From Acidobacteriota bacterium (lineage in GTDB: Bacteria; Acidobacteriota; Blastocatellia; Pyrinomonadales; Pyrinomonadaceae), in the NCBI GenBank assembly GCA_031359215.1, contig JANMAA010000235.1:1589-65588 (forward strand): a DNA stretch of 64,000 nucleotides. Reading direction: 5' to 3'. Position 1 is the first letter of the stretch. The number at the start of each line of letters is the position of its first letter. Of this stretch, positions 25,757 through 36,222 are shown piece by piece. The position numbers and the translations under genes are program-made. The notes under the pieces were generated by a model that saw nothing but the letters and a program-made list of their open reading frames with translations, had not been told where the DNA came from and searched no databases.

Positions 25757-28255
25757 ATGCAAAATTCAGCCGCCAAAACTTTTCTACAGGACAAGCCACA
25801 ACCGATATATGTCGAAGTCGCTCTGCCATTGCCGTTGCGCCAAACTTTTACTTATATTTTGCCCGTCGGTTTGCAAGAGAACATTCAAATCGGGTCGCGT
25901 CTGCTCGTGCCTTTCGGCAAGCGGCAACTGACGGGTTATGTAGTTGCGCTTCATCAAGTTTTAGACACCGAACTTGAAATAGAAGAATCCGCACTTAAAG
26001 AGGCGGTTGAATTGCTCGATTCCGAACCGCTTTTGACTGCTGAAATTATAAAACTGACGCAATGGACAGCCGATTATTACGCCTCTTCGTGGGGTGAAGT
26101 GTTAAAAGCATCTTTACCCGCAGGAATCAATGCCAGCGTCGAGCAAGTCGTTTCGATAACCGAAAACGGGCGTAACGAACTGGCAAAAGTTTCTTCGGCA
26201 AACACGCTGAAAGTTCAACTTTTGCAATTCTTAAGCGAAAACGGTGAAATTTCCGCCCGCGAACTCGGCAAAAAATTCGGCGTTTCAAAAACTCAACGGA
26301 ATATCCGCGAACTTCTCAAAGTCGGTTGGATAAATACCTTGAATCGCACCTTAACCGCCCAATCAAAAGCGAAACGACGCAAAGCCGTGCGCCTTTTGCC
26401 GCCCGAATTGCATCAGCCGGATAATAAACCTTTAACCGATGCACAGCAAGGAATTATTGAGACTTTACTGGAAGAAAACGGGGAAATTATTTTTACCGAA
26501 CTGCTCGAAAAAGCCGATGTCGGCGCGTCTTCAATAAACACTTTGGCAAAACGGGGAATCGTCGAAATATTTGTTCAGGAAGTTCGCCGCGATCCGTTGC
26601 AGAATGCAAAACTTCCCGAACTGCAAAATTTAATTTTGACCGATGAGCAAACCGCCGTTTTAACTGAAATTCAAAAGGCTTTGCAAACTGATGGTTACAA
26701 AGCGTTTTTGCTTCACGGTGTTACGGGTAGCGGAAAGACGGAAATCTATATTCAGGCGATGAAAACCGTCATGGAAAAAGGCAAAACCGCACTGATGCTT
26801 GTTCCTGAAATCGCGCTGACACCTGTTTTTTCCCGAAGATTGCGAGCGGTTTTCGGTGATGAAGTAGCGATTTTGCATTCGAATCTTTCGACCGGTGAAA
26901 GATTCGATGAATGGCGCAGACTTCGCAGCGGCACGGCACGAATCGCTATCGGCACCCGTTCCGCCGTCTTTGCACCGCTTGAAAACATCGGCTTGATAAT
27001 CATTGACGAGGAACACGACGGTTCTTACCGGCAACACGAATCACCTTTTTACAACGGGCGCGATGTCGCCGTTGTCCGCGCAAATTTTGCGGATGCGGTT
27101 GTCGTTCTCGGTTCAGCCACGCCCGCACTGGAAACATTTCACAATTCGCACACCGGGAAATATGAATATCTTGCATTGCCGAATCGTATCGGCAATCGCC
27201 CGATGGCACACGCCGAACTCGTTGATATGCGCCAGGTTTTCAAACAACTCGGTAAGGATGCTTCCTTTTCACCGCAACTCGTCTCGGCAATCGAAGAAAC
27301 TCACTCGCGGGGCGAACAGTCAATTATTCTGCTAAACCGGCGCGGCTTTTCGCAATTCGTTTTGTGCCGCAGTTGCGGTGAATCTATTCGCTGTAAAAAC
27401 TGCGATATTACGCTGACTTATCATCGGCGCGACGCAAAACTCGTCTGTCATTATTGCAATCACCGCGAAAAATCTCCGCGCAGTTGTCCGAACTGCAAAA
27501 GTCAATATCTCTATTTTGTCGGCGAAGGCACGGAGCAAATCGAGGATATTTTGAAGCGTAAATTTTCAAATCTTCGCATTGCCCGGATTGACCGCGATAC
27601 GACCAAAAAACGCAGAGAATTCGAGGAAACGCTAATGCAATTTAGCGAAGGTGAAATCGATATGCTCGTCGGAACGCAGATGTTGGCGAAAGGACACGAC
27701 TTTCCGAATGTTACCTTAGTCGGCGTAATTTCGGTTGACGCGGGACTTGCAATGCCCGATTTTCGTTCCGCCGAGAGAACTTTTCAACTTCTGACACAGG
27801 TTGCCGGACGCGCCGGACGCGGCGATTTACAAGGGAAAGTTTTGATTCAAACCTATTATCCCGAACATTACGTTCTCAAACACGCAGTCCAACAAGATTA
27901 CGCGGGCTTTTATGAAGAAGAAATAAATTTTCGTCATAAACTAAGCTATCCGCCGTTTGTCGCGCTCTGTTCGATATTGATAAAACATTCAAATTATAAC
28001 TACGCTTTTGATCACGCACAGATTTTGAAGGAATGTTTACAAAATGCCGATCCCGATAAAATGTGTAGAATTTTGGGAGTTGCGCCCGCTTCTTTACCAA
28101 GACTGAAAGGCGAATATCGCTTGCAAATTCTGGTTAAAGCGCAAAACCGCACTAAGCTACGCGAAACGCTCGATTTTGCGCTTCACGATGCTCAAGAAAA
28201 ATTTTGCGATTTGCGGATTGTAAATGTAGAGATCGATCCAGTAAATCTAATGTGA
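25757..28255 (+). CDS. priA: Primosomal protein N' (replication restart helicase PriA)
   Basis: GVTGSGKTE, DEEHD, a Cys-rich zinc insertion (CRSCGESIRCKNCDITLTYH...CHYCNH...CPNC), and GTQMLAKGHDFPNV. Confidence 0.95.
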   Translation: MQNSAAKTFLQDKPQPIYVEVALPLPLRQTFTYILPVGLQENIQIGSRLLVPFGKRQLTGYVVALHQVLDTELEIEESALKEAVELLDSEPLLTAEIIKLTQWTADYYASSWGEVLKASLPAGINASVEQVVSITENGRNELAKVSSANTLKVQLLQFLSENGEISARELGKKFGVSKTQRNIRELLKVGWINTLNRTLTAQSKAKRRKAVRLLPPELHQPDNKPLTDAQQGIIETLLEENGEIIFTELLEKADVGASSINTLAKRGIVEIFVQEVRRDPLQNAKLPELQNLILTDEQTAVLTEIQKALQTDGYKAFLLHGVTGSGKTEIYIQAMKTVMEKGKTALMLVPEIALTPVFSRRLRAVFGDEVAILHSNLSTGERFDEWRRLRSGTARIAIGTRSAVFAPLENIGLIIIDEEHDGSYRQHESPFYNGRDVAVVRANFADAVVVLGSATPALETFHNSHTGKYEYLALPNRIGNRPMAHAELVDMRQVFKQLGKDASFSPQLVSAIEETHSRGEQSIILLNRRGFSQFVLCRSCGESIRCKNCDITLTYHRRDAKLVCHYCNHREKSPRSCPNCKSQYLYFVGEGTEQIEDILKRKFSNLRIARIDRDTTKKRREFEETLMQFSEGEIDMLVGTQMLAKGHDFPNVTLVGVISVDAGLAMPDFRSAERTFQLLTQVAGRAGRGDLQGKVLIQTYYPEHYVLKHAVQQDYAGFYEEEINFRHKLSYPPFVALCSILIKHSNYNYAFDHAQILKECLQNADPDKMCRILGVAPASLPRLKGEYRLQILVKAQNRTKLRETLDFALHDAQEKFCDLRIVNVEIDPVNLM

Positions 28256-28269
28256 TTTTTATCAAAAAA

Positions 28270-28851
28270 TCAATCAAATTTTATCTGTGCATATATTTCT
28301 CCAACCGAAGTTTTGCAATTGATCGAATCGAGCGAAATTATGTCTTCGCGCCGATTGTAAATTTTGTATATCCATTGATTTGCCGTTTGTTTGGCGTAAT
28401 GCTCGACACGCATTTCTTCTTCTTTAACAAGCAGACATTCACGCACACTTTCCATTGCCAGATAGCAGTCGAGTTTTTCGGTTTTATCGTGACACAGCGT
28501 CGGTTTTGATAAAACTTCAACAATAACAGTCGGATTAAGTAAGATGTCCAACTCGTTGCCGTCAAATTTCGGCTCGTCTTTAATGACGACAACATCGGGA
28601 TAACAATAACTATGGTCGGTTAGTTTGACGCGCATATCATTGACGTAAATTTCGCAATGCTGACCGCTTAAACGGCTGCCGATAGCAATCGTCGTGTTGC
28701 TGCCGATCAAATTATGCCGACGGGTAGAACCGGCAGTCGCCAAAACCTTGCCATTATGATATTCGTGTTTATTTGCGCCGTTACGCTCAATTTTTAAGTA
28801 GTCTTCAACGGTGTAATTTTTCTCTGTTTGCGTTAAAATTTTTTCACTCAT
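28270..28851 (-). CDS. Uma2-family (DUF820) endonuclease-fold protein
   Basis: YTVEDYLKIERNGANKHEYHNGKV...PDVVV...VEVLS pattern. Confidence 0.75.
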   Translation of the reverse strand: MSEKILTQTEKNYTVEDYLKIERNGANKHEYHNGKVLATAGSTRRHNLIGSNTTIAIGSRLSGQHCEIYVNDMRVKLTDHSYCYPDVVVIKDEPKFDGNELDILLNPTVIVEVLSKPTLCHDKTEKLDCYLAMESVRECLLVKEEEMRVEHYAKQTANQWIYKIYNRREDIISLDSINCKTSVGEIYAQIKFD

Positions 28852-29003
28852 ACTATTACCTCATTATGAACGATTGAAATTGGGACATATTTACAGGATG
28901 AAATAGGGGGGAAGTTAGTTGGTAACTTTTTGTCATCAAGCCGAAATCAGTATTAGATAGTATAAACTATTTTACGAAATGTTAAAACAATTTTTTAAAT
29001 TCT

Positions 29004-30035
29004 ATGAAACTGAAAATTATAGCTGAAAAGACTTCTTCAAACATCGAGCGAGGCGACGCGGATTTGGAATTAACGGGCGCGGCGGGACTCGATATTGCCG
29101 GGCAAGGGCAAATTACATTTTTGGCAAATCCGAAATATACACCCCAAATAAAAGAAACAAAAGCGAGTGCGATTTTTCTGAACGAAAACATTTCTTTGGA
29201 ACGAAAAGACATTGCCATTTTGCGTTCAAAAGATGCTTATCTTGCCTATACGCGAGCCTTACGGATTTTCAATCCTGAAATGGAAGTCGTTTCGTCGTAT
29301 ATTCATCCGACTGTTTCACTTCACAAAACCGTAAAAGTTGCAAAAAATGTTTTCATAGACGCTTTTGTTTCGATAGGAAAAGATTGTATTATTGCGGAAA
29401 ACGTCAAAATCTTTCCAAACGTAACAATTTATGACGGTGTGAAAATCGGTGCAAACTCTATCATTCATTCCGGGGTTTCAATTCGTGAAAATTGTCAGAT
29501 TGGCGAAAAAGTTATTATTCAAAATAATTGCGTTATCGGTTCCGATGGTTTCGGATATGCCAAAGATGAAGAAAAACATTGGCTGAAAATTCCGCAAACG
29601 GGAAATGTAGTTATCGAAAATGATGTGGAAATCGGTGCGGGAACTTGTATCGATTGTGCTTCGGTTGGCGAAACCCGAATAAAAACGGGCGCGAAAATTG
29701 ATAATCTGGTGCAGATCGGACATTCCTGCACGATCGAGGAAGATGCTCTGATCTGCGCTCAAACCGGACTTGCCGGAAGTTCGGTTATTGGAAAAAGAGT
29801 TATTCTGGCAGGACAAGTCGGCATTGCCGGACACTTGCGCGTTGGCGACGATGTAGTGATGACGGCAAAGTCGGCGACCAGCCACGATGTCGAAAACGGC
29901 AAAGTTTTGTCAGGTGTTCCGGCATTTGATAACCGCGATTGGCTTCGATCAACGGCGGCTTTCCGGCGGTTGGGTGAAATGGCGAAAACGCTCAGAGAAT
30001 TGCAAAAACGAATTTCAAATCTTGAGAAAAAATAA
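29004..30035 (+). CDS. lpxD: UDP-3-O-acylglucosamine N-acyltransferase LpxD
   Basis: LpxD N-terminal domain plus left-handed beta-helix hexapeptide repeats. IGSDGFGY...IPQTGNVVIENDVEIGA. Confidence 0.9.
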   Translation: MKLKIIAEKTSSNIERGDADLELTGAAGLDIAGQGQITFLANPKYTPQIKETKASAIFLNENISLERKDIAILRSKDAYLAYTRALRIFNPEMEVVSSYIHPTVSLHKTVKVAKNVFIDAFVSIGKDCIIAENVKIFPNVTIYDGVKIGANSIIHSGVSIRENCQIGEKVIIQNNCVIGSDGFGYAKDEEKHWLKIPQTGNVVIENDVEIGAGTCIDCASVGETRIKTGAKIDNLVQIGHSCTIEEDALICAQTGLAGSSVIGKRVILAGQVGIAGHLRVGDDVVMTAKSATSHDVENGKVLSGVPAFDNRDWLRSTAAFRRLGEMAKTLRELQKRISNLEKK

Positions 30036-31093
30036 TGGAAAAAAAAGAGAAAGTAATTATTATTGTCTGCATTGTGGTAACGATTATTGCCGGGTTTTTG
30101 CACTATTCGGACTTTAATCCGGTTGTCGCTTTTGTCGTTACGGCAGCAGCACTTGCATTGTTGGCGATGATCGTCGGCGATGCTACCGAACAATTAGGCA
30201 GTCGTTTAGGTCCGGGCGCAACCGGAATTTTGCAGTCAGGTTTGGGAAATCTACCCGAACTTTTTGTATCGATCTTTGCGCTCAGGGCAGGTCTAGCCGA
30301 ACTCGTGCAAGCAGCTTTAGTCGGTTCGATTTTGGGGAATTCATTATTAGTTTTTGGACTTGCATTATTTCTCGGCGGATTGAAAAACGGCACGCAGCGA
30401 TTTAAATCCGACACTCCTAAGATGATCGCAACACTTATGTTATTGGCAGTTGCTGCGTTAATGATCCCGACGCTTGCCAAAGAATTGCATACGCCCGCCG
30501 AACCGCATATTGATAAACTGGACATTGCCTGCGCCGTCGTTCTTTTAATTTTGCTTGCTGCAAGTATCTATTTTTCAGTAAAAGGCGATAAACCCGTCAG
30601 CCCGAACCCGGAAGATTGTGATCAACACGCCGAATGGTCGATGAAATTAACCATTGCTGTTTTAGCCGGTGCAGGTATAGGTGCGGCATTCGTTTCCGAA
30701 TGGTTTATCGCGGCTCTCGAACCGGCGATTAAATTACTTAATATATCGGAAACCTTTGCGGGTTTGGTAGTTGTGGCAATTGCCGGCAACGCTATTGAAA
30801 ATGTTATCGGAATCCAATTGGCGTGGCGTAATCAGTCCGACTATGCCGTCAGCGTGATTTTGAACAGTTCTCTTCAGGTTGCTTTAGGTTTGACCCCGAT
30901 TTTGGTTCTGCTGTCATTTGTTTTAGGAGGATCGATTTTAACGCTTGCCTTGTCTCCGCTTTTGATTGTCGCACTTGCTCTTGCGGCAATTGTCAGCGCA
31001 TTTGTCGTTTATGACGGCGAATCTATCTGGCTGGAAGGTTTGGCTTTGATCGGGTTGTATTGCATCATTGCCGCCGCTTTTTGGTGGGGTTAA
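30035..31093 (+). CDS. Ca2+/H+ antiporter (CAX/ChaA family)
   Basis: Two alpha-repeat motifs (GNLPELFVS and GNAIENV) and about 10-11 TM helices. Start overlaps the lpxD stop (TAATG). Confidence 0.85.
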   Translation: MEKKEKVIIIVCIVVTIIAGFLHYSDFNPVVAFVVTAAALALLAMIVGDATEQLGSRLGPGATGILQSGLGNLPELFVSIFALRAGLAELVQAALVGSILGNSLLVFGLALFLGGLKNGTQRFKSDTPKMIATLMLLAVAALMIPTLAKELHTPAEPHIDKLDIACAVVLLILLAASIYFSVKGDKPVSPNPEDCDQHAEWSMKLTIAVLAGAGIGAAFVSEWFIAALEPAIKLLNISETFAGLVVVAIAGNAIENVIGIQLAWRNQSDYAVSVILNSSLQVALGLTPILVLLSFVLGGSILTLALSPLLIVALALAAIVSAFVVYDGESIWLEGLALIGLYCIIAAAFWWG

Positions 31094-31121
31094 GCGTAGG
31101 AAAAGATTGTGAAAATTGAGT

Positions 31122-32270
31122 TCAATTAACAAAATTTTCGATAATCTTAATATTTCTTTTTGCCAGTTTTGCAACAAATTTATCTGAGTCGATCGATAAT
31201 TCTTGCGGGGTTGCGCCACGCATTTTTACATCACCTTTTGCCATCATTTGGGCGATGATAGAAGCCGGAAATGCGGTTGTCCGCATCATCGCGCTCAGTC
31301 CGGTTGTTTCGTCAAATTTATCTACAATATCGTATCGCAGACGCTTTGATTCGCCTTCGATTTTACCGACGAATTCAAGCCGAATCAATACATAATCAGG
31401 TTCGTCAGCCGGTAGATTTCTGGTTAAAAGCTCGCCTAAAAATTTGCGGGGCGTAACTTTAGCAAAGTCGGCGATGATTTCTTCGCTCGAACACAAACCC
31501 AAATCGATCATCGTTTTAAACTTGTCGCAATGTCCGGCGTAACGAATTGTTTTGTAATCGAGTTCTTTGATTTTCCCCGAAAATGTATCGGGTAAAGTTG
31601 AAGTTCCGCCCGATGTCTGAAAGGCTTCCAGTTCGGGAAATCCGTCAAAGGAAAGTGTTTCGAGTTCAGTCATTGACTCGATTTCTTTTATTTCGCCGCC
31701 ACGAATAACACGCGCCGTTTCGATATATTCATTTATCAAACCTTCGACCGAGAAAACGAGTTGATAATTGAGCGGCGGTTGCGGATTTTGCGGCAAGCCG
31801 CCGACGCGAATGTGAATTTCTTCGATTTCGGAAAAACGATTTGCGCCCTGCATTGCTAAAATTGAAACCATTCCGGGCGCAAGTCCGCAATCGGGAATAA
31901 TATTGATACCCGCGTTTTTTGCTTCTTCATCGAGCGCAAGTTGTTCGTCCACGACATAGTTGTTGCCGCCAAGATCGCAAAAGTTCGTCCGGGTTTCAAT
32001 CGCGGCGCGTGAAAGTTTCAAATTATACCAATAATTAACGCACGAAATTGCTGCGTCGTGACCGCGCATTACGGCAACGGTTTTTTCCTCGTCGCCGACA
32101 TCCAATTGGACGGCGGAAATCTTCGGGTTTCCAACGAGTTCGGCAACTTTTTCAGCCTTTGCAAAATCAGCATCGGCAACTGTTATAGCTTCAGCTTCAG
32201 GTGAATTATGAGCCAAATCAAACACTGCTCCGTGCCCCATTCGCCCTGCGCCAATGACAAGTATTTTCAT
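31122..32270 (-). CDS. Saccharopine dehydrogenase-family NAD(P) oxidoreductase
   Basis: Rossmann motif MKILVIGAGRMG, plus DCGLAPGM and the Sacchrp_dh C-terminal region. Confidence 0.8.
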   Translation of the reverse strand: MKILVIGAGRMGHGAVFDLAHNSPEAEAITVADADFAKAEKVAELVGNPKISAVQLDVGDEEKTVAVMRGHDAAISCVNYWYNLKLSRAAIETRTNFCDLGGNNYVVDEQLALDEEAKNAGINIIPDCGLAPGMVSILAMQGANRFSEIEEIHIRVGGLPQNPQPPLNYQLVFSVEGLINEYIETARVIRGGEIKEIESMTELETLSFDGFPELEAFQTSGGTSTLPDTFSGKIKELDYKTIRYAGHCDKFKTMIDLGLCSSEEIIADFAKVTPRKFLGELLTRNLPADEPDYVLIRLEFVGKIEGESKRLRYDIVDKFDETTGLSAMMRTTAFPASIIAQMMAKGDVKMRGATPQELSIDSDKFVAKLAKRNIKIIENFVN

Positions 32271-32345
32271 TTGTTTGTAAATTATTATTGATTGATATTT
32301 TATTAAATTTTATTCTGAATGAACAAATAAAATATTCGGTTTTTA

Positions 32346-32711
32346 TTACCAATCGTCCCACGCTTCAGGCTCTTCAGCGGCTAATATTTCTCCGGCGTAT
32401 TCCCAGACCTTTTTTCTCCATAACCGGAGCGATTCGGTAAGTTGGAATGCCACTTGCGGATGCGCGGCGTTGCGTTCAAGCCGAATGACCTGTGCTGAAA
32501 ATGTAACTTCGTCATCAGCCCGCTCCGTTAATGTCAAACTCACTTTGCATCCGACGGGCGGAAGTTGGCGCGGTAAAAAAGCCAATGCCCCGTGCGGTCC
32601 GACATTTTCCGTCAAACCATCTTGAATTACCTCCTGTCCGTTTTCGTCTTTCCATTTAAGGCGGATAGGAAATGAAATGTTGTGACGCGATCCTCTTCGG
32701 CGTTCCGGCAT
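32346..32711 (-). CDS. PilZ domain protein
   Basis: RRGSRH (RxxxR-like) followed by TENVGPHGA (D/NxSxxG-like) in a 121-aa protein. Confidence 0.6.
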   Translation of the reverse strand: MPERRRGSRHNISFPIRLKWKDENGQEVIQDGLTENVGPHGALAFLPRQLPPVGCKVSLTLTERADDEVTFSAQVIRLERNAAHPQVAFQLTESLRLWRKKVWEYAGEILAAEEPEAWDDW

Positions 32712-33048
32712 AGTAATATTCTCCCAAATAGTTATACTGAGTTATTTGAAAAATACGAAATAAGCAGTTGGAAGTCTCATAAAACTATAAGTTTATAAGA
32801 TGCTGTAAGGCGTAACTTTCACCCGAATGATTCTAGCGGTTTTTGTGAAACTAGACAAGGAGCGGTAAAAGATGATAATATCTGAAACTGTTTTTCATGA
32901 AAGTCCTTAACCGGGCTTTTGTTTTATTAGGTCAGTCAAAATAATAAAGACTATTTTGGTCAGCGCATAAAAAAAATCAACTAATTTTTATGGCATCGAA
33001 ACGGTCTGACCGGCATAAGAAGAACGTGAAAACATAGGAGACTTTATA

Positions 33049-33579
33049 ATGATAAATCTAGCTAGAGGAAGTATTTTTCTCGGCTCGGTCATCGTGTTGT
33101 TTGCAGTTTTATTTTACTTTCAACCGAGAGCCGAAGCCAAAAACGCCTTCAGTATAGCGATCGATTCGCAGGAAAATTTACAACAAGAAATAATTCAAGA
33201 TACTAATCGAACAACCCCGCAAGAAAACATTAATTCTATAATTACAGAAACATTAGACGGTTCGGACAGAAACACAGGAGTAGTTCTGGAAGCGAAAAAC
33301 TTCAGAGCAACTGCGTATTGTCTGAAAGGCAGAACTGCAATTGGCGGAAACGTCAGGCGCGGAATTGTCGCTGCCGACCCGAGAATTTTGCCGCTTGGAA
33401 CACGTATTCAAATGAACGCCGGTTTGTATAGCGGCACATATACAGTTGCCGATACCGGCGGCGCAGTAAAAGGTCGCATTTTAGACATTTGGGTTCCGAG
33501 TTGCTCCGAGGCGATTCGTTTTGGGCGCAAAAGCGTTCAAGTCAGCGTTTTGGGCAGAGGTAGTAAAAACAAATCCTGA
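33049..33579 (+). CDS. 3D domain-containing (MltA/RlpA-like barrel) cell-wall protein
   Basis: Signal anchor. ATAYCLKGRTAIGG...VAADPRILPLGTRI...YTVADTGGAVKGRILDIW is a typical 3D domain. Confidence 0.8.
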   Translation: MINLARGSIFLGSVIVLFAVLFYFQPRAEAKNAFSIAIDSQENLQQEIIQDTNRTTPQENINSIITETLDGSDRNTGVVLEAKNFRATAYCLKGRTAIGGNVRRGIVAADPRILPLGTRIQMNAGLYSGTYTVADTGGAVKGRILDIWVPSCSEAIRFGRKSVQVSVLGRGSKNKS

Positions 33580-33621
33580 TTTTTAACAATTTAATTTAAT
33601 AAACTTTTATATTTAACACTA

Positions 33622-33654
33622 AAACCCGCCTCGAATTTCGAGGCGGGTTTTTAA
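33622..33654 (+). terminator. Rho-independent terminator
   Basis: AAACCCGCCTCGAA pairs with TTCGAGGCGGGTTT, followed by a T-run. Confidence 0.85.
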
Positions 33655-33879
33655 TAAAATATGGAGCGTTGAACTTTTCCAAATATATTTCGGTCTTGTC
33701 AAAACATACTGAATATAAATTTGCTTCAAATTCGCAAAATTACTAACCTCAATTCTGCCAATAATAAACCTCGCATTTGCATTCTTAACGATTGAAAAAT
33801 CAAAAATCTCTAAATTTTAAGAAATTATTTGAAGATCGGTTTTACCGCAACTCAAATCTTGGTTCCGAATTTTCAATGC

Positions 33880-34326
33880 TCATTTTTTATAGCTTGCCGC
33901 AATCAAATTTTCGCGGCGTGGAAAGTGTAGAATAATTCCTAAAATACCGAGCCCGAACCACAAAAAGAAATACTGATATGAAAAGGCAAAAACCAAAATC
34001 ACTCCGAGCAGCGAAATTGCTTCGCAAAAGGCATAGGCAAGAATTAAACCGGTTTGCACGAATGCGATTTTTTGTTCAGCTATGGCTTGTTCGTATGAAC
34101 GCTTTTTCATCACGAATGAAAGCACGAAATTTGTCAGAGCCAAAACTACAAAGACAAGTAAAATCGGAGCATTTTCACCAAACAGAGGTTTTGTAACGTC
34201 GAATTTGAAAACTTCGGGTTTGGCAAAAAAGATAACGACCAAAAACATCATTTGCGACATTAAGAGTGCAAACCAAATAACAGCCAATGTTTTGTAACTT
34301 TGTTCGACATTAAGATTTTGATTCAT
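33880..34326 (-). CDS. Small integral membrane protein (4 TM)
   Basis: ATG 34326 (MNQNLNVEQSYK...) avoids overlap with the ABC gene. Hydrophobic helices throughout. Confidence 0.6.
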   Translation of the reverse strand: MNQNLNVEQSYKTLAVIWFALLMSQMMFLVVIFFAKPEVFKFDVTKPLFGENAPILLVFVVLALTNFVLSFVMKKRSYEQAIAEQKIAFVQTGLILAYAFCEAISLLGVILVFAFSYQYFFLWFGLGILGIILHFPRRENLIAASYKK

Positions 34327-34360
34327 ATTTTCCCTCAAGTTGATTTTTCGGCATAGTTTG

Positions 34361-36130
34361 TTAATCAGTCGCTTCCAACTCTTCTTCCAAAAGTTGGCGT
34401 TCATAAAGGTCGGCGTATTCGCCGCCGAGATTTATCAATTCATCGTGAGTTCCGCGTTCGATTATTCGTCCGTCGTGTAGAACGCAAATCAAATCGGCAT
34501 CTCGAATCGTTGAAACGCGATGCGAAACGATCAAGGTTGTTCGGTCAGTCCGAATATCGCGCAAATTGTGGAGAATCGTTTCTTCGGTATAAGTATCAAC
34601 TGCCGAGAGTGAATCGTCCAAAATCAAAATTCGCGGGTTTCGCATCACGGCACGGGCAATCGCCGTGCGTTGCTTTTGTCCGCCGGAAAGCGTAATACCG
34701 CGTTCGCCGACGCGCTGTTCGTATTTGTAAGGAAAATCCTTTATGTCATCGGCTAAACCGGCGACTTCGGCGGCTTTCTCGACAGAAAGTAGAGAACGGG
34801 AAGAGCCGTTTGATTGCAATACTTTTGAATTTTCTACTCCGAAAGCAATATTTTCCGCCAATGTATCGCTAAATAAAAAAGTTTCCTGCGGAACAAAGCC
34901 GATAGATTTCCGCAATTGTTCGAGTGGAAACTGACGAATCGGGACATCATCAATAAAAATCGTATTTTCGGGCGCATCGAGAAGGCGCGGAATCAAGGTT
35001 ACAAGCGTTGATTTGCCGCTGCCTGTTTTACCGACTAAGGCAACGGTTTTGCCTTGCTCGATTTTCAAATTAATATTTTCAAGAACAGGTTTGCCATTAT
35101 AAGCAAAGGTCAGATTGCGAAATTCGATCTTACCTTTGATTTTCGGTTGTTCTCTTGAGTCGGGTGCATTTCTGATAGTCGGTTCGGTTTCTAAAATCGC
35201 GTTAAATCTTTTCAGCGAAGCCGTGCCGCGTTGGTAAAGATTGACAACGTAACCGAGCGCAATCAGATACCAAATCATTTTCTGTAAGTAAAGAATAAAT
35301 AATGTAAATTCGCCCGTCGTAATCTCGTCGCGCACTGCCATCGGCACACCGACGGCGACGATGATGACAAAACCCAAACCGATAAAAAAGAAAAGAAGCG
35401 GACGCATCGCCGCGCCGAATTTGACGAGCGCAATGTTTCTTTTCGCATATTCACGGTTGAGTTCCTGAAATTTTTCAATTTCCGCATCTTCCTGCGCGTA
35501 AGCGCGAATCACTCTGACACCCGAAAGATTTTCTTGCGCCCGCGCTGTGATGTCCGAGAAAAACTCCTGAATTTTTTCAAAGCGAACGTGAATTTGTTCG
35601 CCCAAAAACTTAACCGTCAATGAAACAAACGGCATTGGAATCAATAGTAACAGAGTGAGTTTGACATTGATTTTGAGCAGTATCGGCAAAACTATGGCGA
35701 GCGCAAAAATTGCTTGGAACGAATACAAAATCATCGGTCCGACAATCTGCCGCACCGCACCCAAATCATTTGTCGCCCGCGCCATCAAGTCGCCAACGCG
35801 ATTATTTTGAAAATACTCAAGCGGCTGATTGACCAACGCGGCGTAAAAATCGCGGCGCATATCGTATTCGATGTGGCGCGAAGTATTGATCAAAAGTCGC
35901 CGTTGCCAAAACAAAAAAATTCCGCTGACGAAACTTACACCCAGAATCACCAACGGATAATAAATGACTTTGCTCCAAGTAATCCCGGCACTTAAATCAT
36001 CAATAGCTTTTCCGACCAAATAAGGAACTAACAGCCCAAACACCATCGAAACCAAGATAAAGACAATTCCGACGATAACGTGCCATTTATAAGGCTTGAA
36101 ATATCGTGCAAATTTTTTGAGTTCTTCCAT
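34361..36130 (-). CDS. ABC transporter, fused permease/ATPase exporter (MsbA/multidrug type)
   Basis: 6-TM domain plus GKTGSGKST (Walker A), LSGGQKQR (signature) and [12 protein letters not shown] (Walker B). Confidence 0.92.
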   Translation of the reverse strand: MEELKKFARYFKPYKWHVIVGIVFILVSMVFGLLVPYLVGKAIDDLSAGITWSKVIYYPLVILGVSFVSGIFLFWQRRLLINTSRHIEYDMRRDFYAALVNQPLEYFQNNRVGDLMARATNDLGAVRQIVGPMILYSFQAIFALAIVLPILLKINVKLTLLLLIPMPFVSLTVKFLGEQIHVRFEKIQEFFSDITARAQENLSGVRVIRAYAQEDAEIEKFQELNREYAKRNIALVKFGAAMRPLLFFFIGLGFVIIVAVGVPMAVRDEITTGEFTLFILYLQKMIWYLIALGYVVNLYQRGTASLKRFNAILETEPTIRNAPDSREQPKIKGKIEFRNLTFAYNGKPVLENINLKIEQGKTVALVGKTGSGKSTLVTLIPRLLDAPENTIFIDDVPIRQFPLEQLRKSIGFVPQETFLFSDTLAENIAFGVENSKVLQSNGSSRSLLSVEKAAEVAGLADDIKDFPYKYEQRVGERGITLSGGQKQRTAIARAVMRNPRILILDDSLSAVDTYTEETILHNLRDIRTDRTTLIVSHRVSTIRDADLICVLHDGRIIERGTHDELINLGGEYADLYERQLLEEELEATD

Positions 36131-36222
36131 AATTTTGTAAATCTTGCAACTCTGTGATTGATAGTGGATTTAAGCAAATACGTTGCCCTTGTTTGTCGCT
36201 GATGAAATTCTCGCCAACATCT

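Noticed and set aside
32712-33048. A ydaO/c-di-AMP riboswitch upstream of the 3D-domain gene.
   Set aside because: The conserved blocks (GGGGACCCA..., CCGAA.CCG.CAGCTAACCTCGTAAGCG-like) are not present. Only a short CACCCGAATG resemblance is seen.
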